A stretch of 64,000 nucleotides of DNA, from NCBI GenBank assembly GCA_964016885.1, contig OZ024741.1, positions 208,444,001 to 208,508,000 on the forward strand. The letters run 5' to 3'. Both the position numbers and the translations under genes were made by a program. The DNA comes from Eledone cirrhosa. Its lineage: Eukaryota. Below, piece after piece: positions 62,816-64,000 of this stretch. Numbering within the stretch: position 1 is the stretch's first letter; every line of letters begins with the position of its first letter. The notes beneath the pieces were generated by a model, which was given only the letters and a program-made list of their open reading frames with translations, had not been told where the DNA came from and did not search any database.

Positions 62816-63340
62816 ATGAAGTCTATTCTTGAAACACACAAGATCCTTAAAAGTAAAAGACAACCCAAATCACTTAAACGCATTCTCACTGGACCAAATA
62901 TACCCAAACCAATCCTCAACCCTACAATTACCAAATGTGGTAGAACAAACTGTGGAACGTGCCTCTACCTCACTGAAGGACAAACATTTACATTCAAAGA
63001 TGGCCAAACATTTACAGTAAAAAACAATTTCACCTGCAACTCGGAGAACTTGATTTACGCAATAACTTGCGGTGGGTGCAAACACAACTACATAGGACAG
63101 ACGGGCACCTCATTACGCAAAAGAATGACCATCCACCGCCAACAAATCCGGGACGCTAACACAAGAAAAATCCCCTTGAGCAGCCATATTGCGAACTGCG
63201 CAGGAATGACACTACCCAACTTTAAAATCTTCCCCTTCTACAAGTGCTCAGATTCGTTCACACAGCAACAAAGAATAAACAAAGAAAATCTATTCCTTAA
63301 CAAATTTAAACCAAAACTAAACGGGTTATCACCCCAATAG
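62816..63340 (+). pseudogene. PLE (Neptune-like) linker + GIY-YIG endonuclease fragment
   Basis: KRQPKSLKRILT; CGRTNCGTC; FTCNSENLIYAITCGGCKHNYIGQTG..RMTIHRQQI; FKPKLN. Confidence 0.88.
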
Positions 63341-63674
63341 AATTGTCATAAAATATAAACACACATACGCACGGAATCACTACTATTAAAGACCAGAGAC
63401 CAATTCTGTAGAATCAGGTTTATTCATTGACAGACCATGCCTTTGTGTGACCAACACATCCATGTTAAACCCTGCACGTGCACACACATATATCTATATA
63501 TATATGCGCACACAGAATTCACCACTGTCGGTTGCGGGGCCCAATCTACATGAAGAACTCAATGTGATCAGAATGACTTGTATTTTAATTTCACTGCCCC
63601 AACTTCTTATATTATGGAAAAAATATATGTGTCTGTATGTATATATATATATATATATTTGAAGGCCATTTCTC

Positions 63675-63743
63675 TGTGTGTGGGTGTATGTATGTGTATA
63701 TGTGTGTGTGTGTGTATGTGTGTGCATGTGGATGTATGTATTG

Positions 63744-63782
<39 letters not shown>

Positions 63783-64000
63783 GGGTATCTGGATGTATGC
63801 GTATGTGTATATATATATATATATGCGTGTGTGTGTGTATATATATGTGTGTGTATGTTTGTATGTGTGTATGTATATATATATGTGTGTGTGCGTGTAT
63901 GTATGTGTGGGTGTGTGTGTGTATATATATATATATATTTATAAATATATATGTGTATATATATATGTGTGTGTGTGTGTGGGTATGTATGTGTGTATCT
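63675..64000. repeat. (TG)n/(TA)n mixed microsatellite
   Basis: Direct reading. Confidence 0.95.

Overview
This is eukaryotic, repeat-saturated DNA with no recognisable intact host gene. The SINE types, the (TA)n/(CA)n density and the LINE mix suggest a cephalopod, probably Octopus (inference). 0.2-18 kb and 62.4-63.4 kb hold Penelope-like element (PLE) material inserted in (TA)n: one near-complete RT+GIY-YIG copy capped by a ~614-bp spacer-less palindrome, two GIY-YIG remnants, and several fold-back pieces carrying type I hammerhead ribozyme (HHR) motifs, one apparently intact at 16204-16267. Also present are a near full-length RTE LINE, three RTE 3' fragments (one with three C2H2 fingers), a deleted mariner, a Buster-type hAT with a perfect 8-bp TSD, and many tRNA-derived SINEs. 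36-62 kb is a nest of microsatellite-associated non-LTR retrotransposons: R4/Dong-like RLE elements all on +, and five Tx1-like elements all on -, mostly joined by (AAT)n. A sixth Tx1-like copy sits in (GATA)n. The most notable signals are outward-facing HHR fold-back elements, strand-polarised sharing of the (AAT)n target, a SINE 3' end matching the Tx1-like 3' end, and a splice-donor motif conserved at the ORF1 end of four Tx1-like copies. All calls are by-eye; no searches or folding programs were run.
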